Assembly: GCF_963921235.1 (NCBI RefSeq)
Contig: NC_086098.1
Location: 8,680,001-8,744,000 of the forward strand
From: Mobula hypostoma
Taxonomy: Eukaryota
Reading direction: 5' to 3'
DNA: 64,000 nucleotides
In this document: positions 13,000-25,079 of the stretch, one piece after another
How the letters are laid out: each line of letters starts with the position of its first letter
How positions within the stretch are numbered: position 1 is the first letter of the stretch
Notes under the pieces: model-generated
Database searches by the model: none
What the model was told of the DNA's origin: nothing
Seen by the model: only the letters and a program-made list of their open reading frames with translations
Program-made: the position numbers and the translations under genes

Positions 13000-13740
13000 G
13001 TTCCAGTAAGATGGCGGCATGCTTGGATACAGCGTCCTTGCCAGGTCCAATCAAAAATGTCATTGTCTTTTTTACTATCGCAAGACTCTGCTGGACATTA
13101 AGAACTTAAAGTACTGCAGGTCGACCCCATTAGCAAGTTGCTCAGTAGCAGGGCAGCTGTGGACCGTGTTGCTGCCTGCTACTGAATGGTGTTGGAGTCA
13201 GTGTGCGAAGGCGGTATGCAGTGTAATAGCGAGTGATTGTCTTAGACGCTTCTCTTTGTGATTGCAAAACTCTGTTGGACATTGGTAACGTAGAATATTG
13301 CAGTTCGATTCACTGGTTTATTGGCGAGGCCGACTGAGGGCTCATGCCACAGGCTTGCCTGTTGCAGTCGCCCAGTAGAGGAAACCTCAGAGACAGTGCA
13401 GTGTGGCATCCATGCTGGTTTGGGGGCTCAAATCGTTGCCCTCTAGCGTTCGCTCAGTGGAAGGCAATCTGGAATGCATTTGTCTGTGGACTGCTGTGGG
13501 TTTGTTCTTGCCAGCAACATCCATGCACCCACCATTGACCTATAGGACATGAATTTTCACAACAGGGACTTGGGCTATGTTATATTATTTTGTGTGATTG
13601 TATGTTTACTGCTGTCTTGTATATGCTATATCTGCTTTGTTTTGTGTGTGACTGTTGGTACTGTGTTTTGCACTTTGGCCCCAGTGTTTCGTTTGGCTGC
13701 ATTCATGTATGGCTGGATGACAATTAAACTTGATAGCTGA
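13000..13740 (+). mobile_element. Non-autonomous LINE-derived retroposon (ccagtaagatggcgg head); related to ~53420-53925
   Basis: AAGATGGCGG head and a GT-rich 3' region ending ...attaaacttga. The 3' region resembles 53770-53925. Confidence 0.55.
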
Positions 13741-13789
13741 TTAGAAATGGAAACATGCTGATAAGCAAAACCAGTAAATCGCTTAAATT

Positions 13790-14372
13790 AATAGACACAA
13801 AATACTGAAGGAATTCAACATGTCGGGCAGCATCCATGAACATGAATAAACAATCGATATTTCGGTCCGATACCTTTCTTCAGGATTGGAAAGGAAGGGG
13901 GAAGACGACAGAATAAAAAGGAGCATAGCTTAAGAGGTGATAGGTGAAGCCAGGTGGGTGGGCAAGGTCATAGGCTAGAGGGGAAGGAATCTGAGAGGAG
14001 AAGAGAGTGGTCCATAGGAGAAAGGAAAGGAGGAGGGGCATCAGGGGGTGGTGGTAGGCAGGTGAGAAGAGGTAAGAGGCTGAATCGGAAATAGAAAAAG
14101 AGGGGAGGGGGAGGAAATTTTATTTACCGGAAGGAGAAATCGATATTCTTGCCATTGAGTTTGGAGGCTCCCTAGACAGAATATAAGGTGTTGTTCCTCC
14201 ACCTTGAGGGTGGCCTCATCTTGGCACAAGAGGAGGCCAAGGAGTGACATGTTGGAATAGGAATTGAAATATTTGGCCACCAGGGATTTCGCCTTTGGTG
14301 GATTTGCTTGACGATGCGATCCCTCCATTTACGACGGGTCTCACCAATGTAAAGGAGACCGCATTGGGAGCA
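13790..14372 (-). mobile_element. Old Penelope-like element 3' fragment (GIY-YIG end plus pLTR)
   Basis: ORF 14041..14328 contains LLGLLLCQDEATLKVEEQHLIFCLGSLQ, matching the C-terminus of the 21587 ORF. A degenerate hammerhead lies near 13855-13890. Confidence 0.85.
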
Positions 14373-14384
14373 AATTGCTTAGAA

Positions 14385-14925
14385 TATTTTATCTGAGTAT
14401 TGCGTGTAGTTTTGGTCACTTCCCTACAGGAAAGATATAAATATGGTTGAAAGGGTACAGAGAAAATTTACCCTTGCCTGGAGGAACATGCTGAGTTATA
14501 AAGAAAGATTAAACAGGTTAGGACTTTATTCCTCAGAATGTAAAAGATTAAGAGGAGATTTGATGGAGGTATACAAAATTGAGGGGTATAGATAGGGTAA
14601 ATGCAAGCAGACTTTTTCCACTGAGATTGGGTGGGACTACAACCAGAGGTCATGGGTTAAGGGTGAAAGGTGAGAAGTTTACAGTGAACCTGAAGGGAAA
14701 CTCCTTCACTCAGAGGGACGTGAGAGTGTGGAATGAGCTGCCAGCAAAAGTGGTGCATGTGATCTCGATTTCAATATTTAACAGCAGTTGAATTTGGTAC
14801 ATGGATGGTAGGCACATGGAGGACTATGTTCCTGGTGCAGGTTGATGGGAGTAGGGAGTTTAAATGGTTTCAGCATGGACCAGCTGGGCTGAAGGGCCTG
14901 TTTCTGTGCTGTACTTTTCTATGAC
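14385..14925 (+). mobile_element. CR1 3' fragment (older subfamily)
   Basis: RGIDRVNASRLFPLR...TRGHGLRVKG. Same subfamily as 62465-63350. Confidence 0.8.
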
Positions 14926-15309
14926 TGAGTTCAGAATCAAGTGAAGGGAAAGATGGACTGTTGAGGCAGATGGAAAAGTAAATAATTATCCCATTCGATG
15001 GAAGAAGAAGAGGTTGCGTGATTATTGGAAAAAATTGTACACTATTTTGTATTCCATGGAGAGTGGGCCTGTCAATCAGTTATAGAATTATACGGTGTGG
15101 AAACAGAGCCTTCAGTCCAACGTCCATATTGAACAAGGTGCCTTCCAGAGCTAGTCCCATTTTCCTGCATTTGCCTCACAACCCTCTGCTGCCACCCTGA
15201 AAGCAAGGGTGAATTTCATCTCTCAAGTGACTTCTTGGGGTTTTCTTGTAGTTAATTAGCTTCTGAGTCTCTGAGTTGTCTTGATCAAATCAGTTGTGTT
15301 TCCTGTAGA

Positions 15310-15570
15310 GAGGCCAGTTCCTTCAAGAGGACCACGATCTTGTCATGGTTTGGAGGCTTGCATGCCTCAGTGACCTGGAGAGCTATGTTGGCTGGAGTCG
15401 GGGCTTTATGTTTCGGCTCTTGGTTAGGGTCACCCATGCCAAACAGGTCAAAGGGTAGAGGCCAGACCTAGAGTGGTCCACTGGTCCACTACCAGGTTTG
15501 GGGTTTCTGCTCAGGACTAACACACCAGACTAGTAAAACAAAATTGTCACAGAAACAGCATTGCAGACTC
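15310..15570 (+). mobile_element. Probable RTE-clade LINE 5' fragment (a related segment lies at ~11585-11900)
   Basis: Resemblance by eye to RTE/Expander 5' UTRs (gtcatggtttggaggcttg...agctatg...gggtcacccatg...ggtcaaagg); no coding support. Confidence 0.4.
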
Positions 15571-16702
15571 CTTGAATCTGCTGGAGAACTTTGGCAGGGG
15601 GAGCATCTGTGGCGGTGGGGCGAGGTGTTAGTAATTGCTTTTGTTTAAGATTGAAATATGGGTGGCTGGATCGAGATAACATCTCTACCAAAGGAATTGT
15701 AAGGCAGTCCTTCTCTCTGCTAGCCTGCAGGTCACCCTTAAGCAAGGTGTAGCACCTGCATAGCCCCCCCGATTGGAGTCACGTGAAGCCATAGGAGCAG
15801 GTAGTGGATGGTCAATAGACAATAGGTGCAGGAGTAAGCCATTCGGCCCTTCGAGCCAGCACCTCCATTCACTGTGATCATGGCTGATCATCCACTATCA
15901 GTATCCGGTTCCTGCGTTATCCCCATAACCTTTGATTCCACTATCTTTAAAAGCTCTATCCATCTCTTTTTTGAAAGCATCCAGAGACTTGGCCTCCACA
16001 GCCTTCTGGGGCAGAACATTCCGTATATCCACCACTCTCTGGAAGTCATATGAGCAGCTGGTGCATATCACAAGTCCTGGTTATGTGTCCACTGAAGACA
16101 GGCAGAGAATCTCTGAAGAGTATTGATAATGGCTGGGGTCACCTGTCTTGAAAGTCACTGCCGAGAAGAAGGCATTGGCAAATCACTTCTGTAGAATAAT
16201 TTGCCAAGAACAATCATGGTCATGGAAAGATCATGATCACCCATGTCATTCAACACAACACATAACGAATGAATGAAAGAACTATGATAGAAATTATGAA
16301 AAGCTGTAAGTAACAAATACTGACAACCAGTGTGCAAAAGAACATAAATTATGCAAATAATAAGAATAATTAAATAATATTGGGAACACGAGTTGTATTT
16401 CCATAGGGTCCTTTGCAGGTCTCTCTGACAATTCAGGGTGCTGCTTATGACTAGACTGCTTCTATTCTTTCAGATGAAGCAACCGTTCCCCAACCTGCCA
16501 CTCACCCCACTGAAGACAGGTTTGGTTCATGATTAGATTTGTTTTAAGTTTTTGTAGCAGGAGATCAATATCAGCCCCTTCAGACACAGCTAAGGATATT
16601 TTTTTTAACATAGGTGAGAGTCTTACATGCATGAGCTGCCTCTTGTCCTGTCATTTATCTTAAGTAATATTTTCCAAATATATTGAACAAAGAATCAAAT
16701 GA

Positions 16703-16912
<210 letters not shown>

Positions 16913-19282
16913 TAGAGCAATGATTTCTCTGAGTACCACGTGCATTCTGGTACATCCATCTCAGATTTCAGATGCAACGTTCATACATCCCTTTTCAATA
17001 CAACTGCTCCATCCCATATTTGTTAGCGGATTCTGACTGCTAGATCCTACCTCTTGATCCCCTTGTCTTCCTCAGTGCACTGTCTAAACAGCCTGTGCTA
17101 ATCTTGCTGTGAGAATGAAGATAGAACTAATGAAAGAAGGAATAGGGAGAGAGCTATCCCTCTCTTGGCCCCTTTTATTTTCTGTTGTCAAAATGCTGTC
17201 TCCACCAACCTCACTCATCCCTCCTCACCCTACCATGATCATATCTCAAATTAAATGGCTTAGATGGCTCAAGAAACATCTGGCCTACTCCTATTTTTAT
17301 TTGCTTTCTTCTAGTACGGTTTGTAAACTTATCTATCTGAAGGTTACAGCTGGCCATGTGAATTTCTCCTGTGATACAAAATACTTCAGAATCGGAATCA
17401 CAGTCTTATCACAAGGAATTTGTTGTTTTGTGGCAGCAAAGACTCTCTGAGACCTCCGTTGGTCAGTGTTGACCATGGATATTGCATCCTAGCTGTCTAA
17501 ATACACAAGCCTGGGTAGTACGATACGGAGAGCAAGCTGTTCCCATGAAGTAGGTTCCCCCTCTCCACGCAGCTGATGAACTCAAAGGACCAGCAGATAT
17601 AGGTTGGTGCCAGAAGTGTCAAAAACAATGATGAGGTTGTGTTCTTGGACTGTTCAGAAACCTGGTGATGGAGGGGAAGAAATTGTTCCTCAGTCTTTGA
17701 GTGTAGGTCTTCCAGCTCCTGTTCGACCTCTGTGATGGTAGTAATGAGAAGAGGGCATATCCTGGGTGGTGAGGGTCCTTGTATTCAATGAGAAAGGTTG
17801 TGCCCATGATGGAGCTGGCTGAGTCTACAACGGGTTTGCTGTGGACTCCTACCATTAACTGAGGGGTCCATGGACACCAAGTTGGGAACTCCTGGTCTGC
17901 AACCTTCTGCAGCCTCTTGTGATCATGTACATTGGAATCTCTATACCAGGCTGTGATGCAACCAGGCAACTCTCCATTGTCATCTGTAGGAATTTCCAAG
18001 TCTTTGGTAACAAACCGTGTCTCCTCAACAAAGTAGAGCCTCTGGCTTATCTTCATGATTTTCATCATTGTGTTGGGCCTCGGATAAATCCTCCCAGCCG
18101 TTAACAACCAAGCTGCTCATGCTTTCCACTGTGGATTCCTCAGTGAGGAACGGTGTGTGTTTTCGTGATTTCTTTCTTCCCCTTCCTGAAGCCCACGATC
18201 AATCTCTCAGGGATGAGGTCTTTGGAGCTTCTGTGGGCCTTTCTGTGGCTCTGAGTATTTATTGAATGGGTTTGCTAACTCTATGCCTAATCTTCCTTCT
18301 TTCACAGCCAGGCTTGGGACCGTCCATGGAGGAGTTTCTTTATGTTTTATGTACCCTTTATGCTGCTGTATATTGTGCGTACCCACATCAAAAGGGTTAC
18401 TTCATAAGGCACTTTGCTAATGATGTCTGCTGGGGAACTTAGTAAGCCTCGTAGATGAATGCAACTTCGGACACTCTGCTAATTTAGGAGGAGATAAGCT
18501 TGTTTTTAAGCAGACAGAAAAGATAATCTTTGGGTTTTGCACCAGGACTCATTTTTCTGTTAAACTTGGTATTGATTTTTGCTTTCCTTGAAAGAATCTG
18601 GGGAAATGGTTATGCATGGTGATTTGTTGGGTCTTGTGGAAGGTTAGAAGCTTCATTTTGTACGTGGCTATTGTTTTTATCCATGTAATTAGGAAAACTC
18701 AAGTGGTTAGTTAATTAACTTTGGTTTCAGCTGCATTCTGAGTAATTTTTGTCTTTAATCGAACTCCAAATGGGAAATTTATGTGAGTATTTTTGTTACT
18801 AGCTCAGTAAATGGCTCTGCAGCATTCAAAATTCTCTCGTATAAAATTTCTGTTTAATTTTTTTATCAGTATGATTTTTCAATATCTACCATATGACTGA
18901 GAATGTATTATAGTAGATTTGAGAAATGCATAAAACCAGCATAGTATTAAAGGCCTGCCTTTGTTCAGGCAAATACTGCTAAGTCTTTGCCTTGCTCTAT
19001 ATCCCACTTCCTGCAATCCCTTAGTGTCTACTTTAAATTAATCTTAAATTGCAGGAGAATAAATTAAGCACTACTTGTATTATATATTTTAATGTCTTAG
19101 GCATTTTGTGCCGTGCATGTGATCCCATGTTTAAAGGGGATCCCATTAATAACTAATACTTGGTTTTGACAGCTTGTGCCTGAGTTTCTTCTCTGCAACC
19201 AACTAAGGCTATTTTACTGTGTAGTTTTATCTAGAAATTTTTAACATTATTTTCATAATTTGTTTTTTTTTCTCTGTTGCAG

Positions 19283-19348
19283 CTTCGACAGTTGTCACGT
19301 GTTACGCACCCAAATATTGTGAAACTCTACGGAGCTTGTTTAAATCCA
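19283..19348 (+). CDS. MAP3K7: MAP3K7 coding exon 3, 66 nt
   Basis: Polypyrimidine tract plus tgcag|, donor |gtatgt. Translates to [22 protein letters not shown], in phase with exon 2. Confidence 0.97.
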
Positions 19349-19707
19349 GTATGTAAATCAATATCTAGAAATATTTTTGGCTATGTATTCCGATTGTACA
19401 TTACTGTTATTTGATCAAAATTGATTGTTTATACGTCTGAGAAATGATAATTGATTCAAAAAATGAGGGTTCAACTTGTAAGTCAGTTATGTTCTCCAAA
19501 AAAACTTCGTTTCTAGTCTCCACTTCTCAGAACATTCTGTTGGCTGCCTGGCTACATTGTTCTTTGATTTTCCTGGCAAACAAGTATTAAATTATTTTTC
19601 TTCAACTGCTGGTTATATCAACTACTACTTATTAGTACAAAAAATAAATGACTTAAAAGAGAAGAAGAAAAAAAGATTTAGAAGGGAATTCCAGGTAGTG
19701 TAGCATT

Positions 19708-20487
19708 TGTACTCTGTGGCCACTGAATGTATGTATGTGGTCTTTTGGTGCTGTAGCCCATCCATTTCAATGTCCGACCAGCTGTGCATGCAGAGATACT
19801 CTTTTGCACACCACTGTTGTAATGTGTAGTTATTTGGGTTGCTGTCACCTTCCGGTCAGCCTGAACTAGTCTGACCATTCTCCTCTGACCTCTCTCATTA
19901 ACAAGGCATTTACATCCACAGAACAGTCACTTGCTGGATGTTTTCTGTTTTTCGAACCATTCTCTAAACTCTAGAGATTTGTGTGTGAAAATCCCAGGGG
20001 ATCAGCAGTTTCTGAGATACTCAGACCAACCCATCTGGCACCAACAATCACTCCATGATCATAGTCACTAAGATGACATTTCTTCCCCATTCTGATGTTC
20101 AGTCTGAACAACAACTGAACCTCTTGACCATGTCTGCATGCTTTTTATGCATTGAGTTTCTGCCACATGATTCGCTGATTAGATATTTGCAGGTGTACAA
20201 GTGTACCAAATAATGTGGTCAGGTTTATGTCTGAGAAGTGATGCTGTTTCATCTAAAGTGGGCTTCACTTGTAAGTGATTTATGTTCTGCAAAGGAAAAC
20301 TTTCTGTTTCTAGTCTCCACTTTTCACAACATTCTGTGTGAAGCTTTAGTACATTGCCCTTGGCATCCCCTAGCAATTTATTTTTCTTTGATTGCTGGTT
20401 ATATCAACTACCACTCATTATTTAAAAAAAATACAACTAAAAGATTTTATGTCTCTAATAAAGTGACCACGTGGCCACTCAGTGTAT
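19708..20487 (-). mobile_element. Tc1-like non-autonomous element
   Basis: Termini tactctgtggccact... and ...gtggccactcagtgta. ORF 19678..19878 (RLVQADRKVTATQITTHYNSG..KSIS...RTLKWMGY) resembles a Tc1 transposase HTH. Confidence 0.7.
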
Positions 20488-21527
20488 TGTTGCTGCTGAA
20501 GTTCATTATAACATAGAGCATTACATACATCGGCCCACAATATTGTGCTGACCTTTTAACATACTCTTAAGGTCAATCTAATGCTTCCCTTTCACATAGC
20601 CTTCCATTTTTTTTTACCATCTACATGCCTGAGAGTCTCTTAAATGCTCCTAATGTATCTGCCTCTGCCCCCACAGCTGGCAGCATGGTCCACACACCCA
20701 CCACTCTTTGTGTTTTTTAAAGAAAACGCACCTCTGTCAAATTATTGGATAATAAATGATGATGCATAAATTGTTATGGTTGGAGAGGCAGAGAGCTCGG
20801 GTTGCATTGTAAATTCGGATCAGAGACAAATAATGTTCTACATCAAAGGCAGTTTGTTAGCAGTGCCAATAGCGATGGTTTTCAATAGCGATGATATTTC
20901 AGTTTATCCATGTTTAGACATTCAATAGCAATTTGACAGCATGGAGACAGAAGAGGAATTGACACATTTGAGAAGGCTCTGAATATGCATGAGAAGGGAA
21001 ACTCCTGTATCCAGAAATAAATTTCCCTGGATCAAACATGCAGTTCAAGAGGAGGCATTTCGGATAGATTTTGAGGGGCCATGTGATACCATGACTACTA
21101 CCCTTGCATTGTTCAAGTGTAAAATCAGATGAACAGAAATTGGGCAATGGAACTGCTTGGATGTTGAAGATGCATTAACTGTTTTTGAACCTTGAGTAGT
21201 AATATTTTGAAGAGAGGAGAGCAAAGAGTTTTACAAATGGTATGTTCCAGTTTGCTTCAATGGAGAGGGTTACTGTAAAGATGAGTTTTGGAAAGTGAAC
21301 TTTTTCTCCCTCTGTCCCTCTGAATATACCTCTTGCCCATCCTCTGGGTCACCCCCCCCCCTTCTCTTTCTTCCCGGACCTCCTGTCCCATGATCCTCTC
21401 GTATCCCTTTTGCCTATCACCTGTCCAGCTCTCGGCTCTATCCCTCCCCCTCCTGTCTTCTCCTATCATTTTGCATCTCCCCCTCCCCCTCCAGCTTTCA
21501 AATCCCTTACTCACTCTTCCTTCAGTT

Positions 21528-21563
21528 AGTCCTGACGAAGGGTCTCGGCCTGAAACGTCGACT
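21528..21563 (+). ncRNA. Minimal type I hammerhead ribozyme (5' pLTR)
   Basis: agtc-CTGACGA-a-gggt(ctcg)gcct-GAAA-cg-TC-gact: stem I agtc/gact, intact core, palindromic ACGT in place of stem III. Predicted cleavage after C21559. Confidence 0.88.
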
Positions 21564-21697
21564 GCGCCTCTTCCTATAGATGCTGCTTGGCCTGCTGCGT
21601 TCACCAGCAACTTTTATGTATGTTGCTTGAATTTCCAGCATCTGCAGAATTCCTGTTGTTTGCGTTTAAATTCACTACTGCGAAGCCTCTTCCGGTG

Positions 21698-24600
21698 ATG
21701 CCTACACCGAAGAAGTTTAGATCCTCTCTTCGACGGGAGTTCAGTGAAACCATCTCTCACTGCTCCCCATCTGTAATTTCTTCGGCTCTTCAACTTTTCG
21801 ACCACACTTTGACTCAAACACGCTATCACAGCCATATATCCTTTCTTGGAACGTGCCTCCGTCGCCAACTTACTCCAGTTGGCTTTAGGATTCGTTTCCA
21901 AGCCTCTCAATTTGGACCTTCTGAGGATCCCAGGTACTCACATTTTATTGACTCTGCCTCTCGCCGCTTCTCCCGTCAAGCTCTGAAGGCGACGCTCTCC
22001 ACCATGAGGAGGTACTTGGTGTCCCTATCCCAGACCCTTCCACACCTTCGTGACACTTTCTTCGCCGTCTGTAATGGTCCTACCCGTTATTTCATCCTCC
22101 GTCGGATTCACGCCTGCAATCGCCGTTTTTTTGACTTTGTCATGTTAGGCAAAGATCGCAAGATCTTACATCTACGGACTCCAGAGCCTGCCGGCCCCGA
22201 CGCTAGCAGGCATGAACTTTCAATTGCGGCCCCTGCCATTGATCTCGGCGGCTCCAACACCTCAGGACATATTCAAAACCCGGACTCCAGCAACGACCAT
22301 GGACACCTTCACAGCGATTGTGCAACCACCAACTGCAACTCCAGCCTTGAACTCCAGGCCGGGTCTTTATGTGCTGCTACTGTGACTTCCGTCTCCCCTT
22401 CCCCCACCAATACTCTGCAGTCCCGTCTTCCTCAGATCCCACCGTCAACTCCTGGGCCCTCAGAGGCTCCATCTTCCTCTCACCCCAACCCTCCCCTCTC
22501 CACTGACATCCCCAGCCTCCCCCCTCCCCCCTCTGATCCCAGCTCTCATCCGTGCCGGATCTTTACCATCCCCTCCGACCTTCAACTGTCGGAGGCAGAA
22601 CGCTCTGTTCTCAGTAAGGGCCTCACGTATGTCCCCCTTCGCCCACACCTCAGCGAGTTCCGTGTTCGCCACGATGCGGAACTTTTCTTCCGCCGTCTCC
22701 GTCTCCAAGCCTACTTCTTCGGCAAGGACTCTTCCACCCCCACCGATGACCCCTTCTCCCGTCTTCAACCCTCCTCCTCTTCATGGACACCCCGCTCTGG
22801 TCTTCTGCCTGCTCTGGATCTCTTTATTGCCAACTGCCGACGGGACATCAACCGTCTCGACTTCACTGCACCTTGTCCCCATTCCAACCTCACTCCTTCG
22901 GAACGCTCTGCTCTCCACTCCCTCCGCACTAATCCTAACCTTATTATTAAACCCGCTGATAAGGGGGGTGCTGTTGTAGTCTGGCGTACTGACCTCTACC
23001 TTGCCGAGGCACAGCGACAACTTGCGGATACCTCCTCTTATTTACCCCTCGATCGTGACCCCACTAAGGAGCACCAGGCCATTGTCTCCCACACTATCAC
23101 CGACTTTATCCGCTCAGGGGATCTCCCATCCACTGCTACCAACCTTATAGTTCCCACACCCCGCACTTCCCGTTTCTACCTCCTACCCAAGATCCACAAA
23201 CCTGCCTGTCCTGGCCGACCTATTGTCTCAGCTTGCTCCTGCCCCACCGAACTCGTTTCTGCATACCTCGACACTGTTTTATCACCCCTTGTTCAATCCC
23301 TTCCGACCTATGTTCGTGACACTTCTCACGCTCTTAAACTTTTCGATGATTTTAAGTTCCCTGGCCCCCACCACTTTATTTTCACCATGGATGTCCAGTC
23401 CTTATATACTTCCATCCCCCATCAGGAAGGTCTCAAAGCTCTACGCTTCTTTTTGGATTCCAGACCTAATCAGTTCCCCTCTACCACCACTCTGCTCCGT
23501 CTAGCGGAATTAGTCCTTACTCTTAATAATTTCTCCTCTTGCTCCTCCTATTTCCTCCAAACTAAAGGTGTAGCTATGGGCACCCATATGGGTCCTAGCT
23601 ATGCCTGCCTTTTTGTTGGGTTTGTGGAACAATCTATGTTCCGTGCCTATTCTGGTATCTGTCCCCCACTTTTCCTTCGCTACATCGACGACTGCATTGG
23701 CACTGCTTCCTGCACGCATGCAGAACTCGTTGACTTTATTAACTTTGCCTCCAACTTTCACCCTGCCCTCAAGTTTACCTGGTCCATTTCCGACACCTCC
23801 TTCCCCTTTCTAGATCTTTCTGTCTCTGTCTCTGGAGACAGCTTATCCACTGATGTCTACTATAAGCCTACTGACTCTCACAGCTATCTGGACTATTCCT
23901 CTTCTCACCCTGTCTCTTGCAAAAACGCCATCCCCTTCTCGCAATTCCTCCGTCTCCGCCGCATCTGCTCTCAGGATGAGGCTTTTCATTCTAGGACGAG
24001 GGAGATGTCTTCATTTTTTAAAGAAAGGGGCTTCCCTTCCTCCACTATCAACTCTGCTCTTAAACGCATCTCCCCCATTTCACGTACATCTGCTCTCACT
24101 CCATCCTCCCACCACCCCACTAGGAATAGGGTTCCCCTTGTCCTCACCTACCACCCCACCAGCCTCCGGGTCCAACATATTATCCTCCGTAACTTCCGCC
24201 ACCTCCAACGGGATCCCACCACTAAGCACATCTTTCCCTCCCCCCCTCTCTCTGCATTCCGCAGGGATCGCTCCCTACACAACTCCCTTGTCCATTCGTC
24301 CCCCCCATCCCTCCCCACTGATCTCCCTCCTGGCACTTATCCGTGTAAGCGGAACAAGTGCTACACATGCCCTTACACTTCCTCCCTTACCACCATTCAG
24401 GGCCCCAAACAGTCCTTCCAGGTGAGGCATCACTTCACCTGTGAGTCGACTGGGGTGATATACTGCGTCCGGTGCTCCCGATGTGGCCTTTTATATATTG
24501 GCGAGACCCGACGCAGACTGGGAGACCGCTTTGCTGAACATCTATGCTCTGTCCGCCAGAGAAAGCAGGATCTCCCAGTGGCAACACATTTTAATTCCAC

Positions 24601-24748
24601 ATCCCATTCCCATTCTGACATGTCTATCCACGGCCTCCTCTACTGTAAAGATGAAGCCACACTCAGGTTGGAGGAACAACACCTTATATTCCGTCTGGGT
24701 AGCCTCCAACCTGATGGCATGAACATTGACTTCTCTAACTTCCGCTAA
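21698..24748 (+). CDS. Penelope-like RT plus GIY-YIG endonuclease (1016 aa from ATG 21698; frame also open upstream, alternative ATG at 21620)
   Basis: Motifs IIKPADKGG (PLE DKG), FYLLPKIHK, MDVQSLYTSIP, GVAMG, RYIDDC, the Cys linker PCKRNKCYTC, and VIYCVRCSRCGLLYIGETRRRLGDRFAEH (GIY-YIG). No stops or frameshifts. Confidence 0.95.
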   Translation: MPTPKKFRSSLRREFSETISHCSPSVISSALQLFDHTLTQTRYHSHISFLGTCLRRQLTPVGFRIRFQASQFGPSEDPRYSHFIDSASRRFSRQALKATLSTMRRYLVSLSQTLPHLRDTFFAVCNGPTRYFILRRIHACNRRFFDFVMLGKDRKILHLRTPEPAGPDASRHELSIAAPAIDLGGSNTSGHIQNPDSSNDHGHLHSDCATTNCNSSLELQAGSLCAATVTSVSPSPTNTLQSRLPQIPPSTPGPSEAPSSSHPNPPLSTDIPSLPPPPSDPSSHPCRIFTIPSDLQLSEAERSVLSKGLTYVPLRPHLSEFRVRHDAELFFRRLRLQAYFFGKDSSTPTDDPFSRLQPSSSSWTPRSGLLPALDLFIANCRRDINRLDFTAPCPHSNLTPSERSALHSLRTNPNLIIKPADKGGAVVVWRTDLYLAEAQRQLADTSSYLPLDRDPTKEHQAIVSHTITDFIRSGDLPSTATNLIVPTPRTSRFYLLPKIHKPACPGRPIVSACSCPTELVSAYLDTVLSPLVQSLPTYVRDTSHALKLFDDFKFPGPHHFIFTMDVQSLYTSIPHQEGLKALRFFLDSRPNQFPSTTTLLRLAELVLTLNNFSSCSSYFLQTKGVAMGTHMGPSYACLFVGFVEQSMFRAYSGICPPLFLRYIDDCIGTASCTHAELVDFINFASNFHPALKFTWSISDTSFPFLDLSVSVSGDSLSTDVYYKPTDSHSYLDYSSSHPVSCKNAIPFSQFLRLRRICSQDEAFHSRTREMSSFFKERGFPSSTINSALKRISPISRTSALTPSSHHPTRNRVPLVLTYHPTSLRVQHIILRNFRHLQRDPTTKHIFPSPPLSAFRRDRSLHNSLVHSSPPSLPTDLPPGTYPCKRNKCYTCPYTSSLTTIQGPKQSFQVRHHFTCESTGVIYCVRCSRCGLLYIGETRRRLGDRFAEHLCSVRQRKQDLPVATHFNSTSHSHSDMSIHGLLYCKDEATLRLEEQHLIFRLGSLQPDGMNIDFSNFR

Positions 24749-25043
24749 GGCCCCACCTCCCCCTCGTACCCCATCTGTTACTCATTTTTATGCACACATT
24801 CTTTCTCTCACTCTCCTTTTTCTCCCTCTGTCCCTCTGAATATACCTCTTGCCCATCCTCTGGGTCACCCCCCCCCCCGTCTTTCTTCCCGGACCTCCTG
24901 TCCCATGATCCTCTCGTATCCCCTTTTGCCTATCACCTGTCCAGCTCTCGGCTCTATCCCTCCCCCTCCTGTCTTCTCCTATCATTTTGCATCTCCCCCT
25001 CCCCCTCCAACTTTCAAATCCCTTACTCACTCTTCCTTCAGTT

Positions 25044-25079
25044 AGTCCTGACGAAGGGTCTCGGCCTGAAACGTCGACT
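25044..25079 (+). ncRNA. Minimal type I hammerhead ribozyme (3' pLTR)
   Basis: Identical to 21528-21563. Predicted cleavage after C25075. Confidence 0.88.

Noticed and set aside
23853..24425. Overlapping 190-aa ORF conserved between the two Penelope copies (also 54717..55286)
   Set aside because: It is an alternative frame of a C-rich, stop-poor sequence; the conservation is explained by the high nucleotide identity of the copies.
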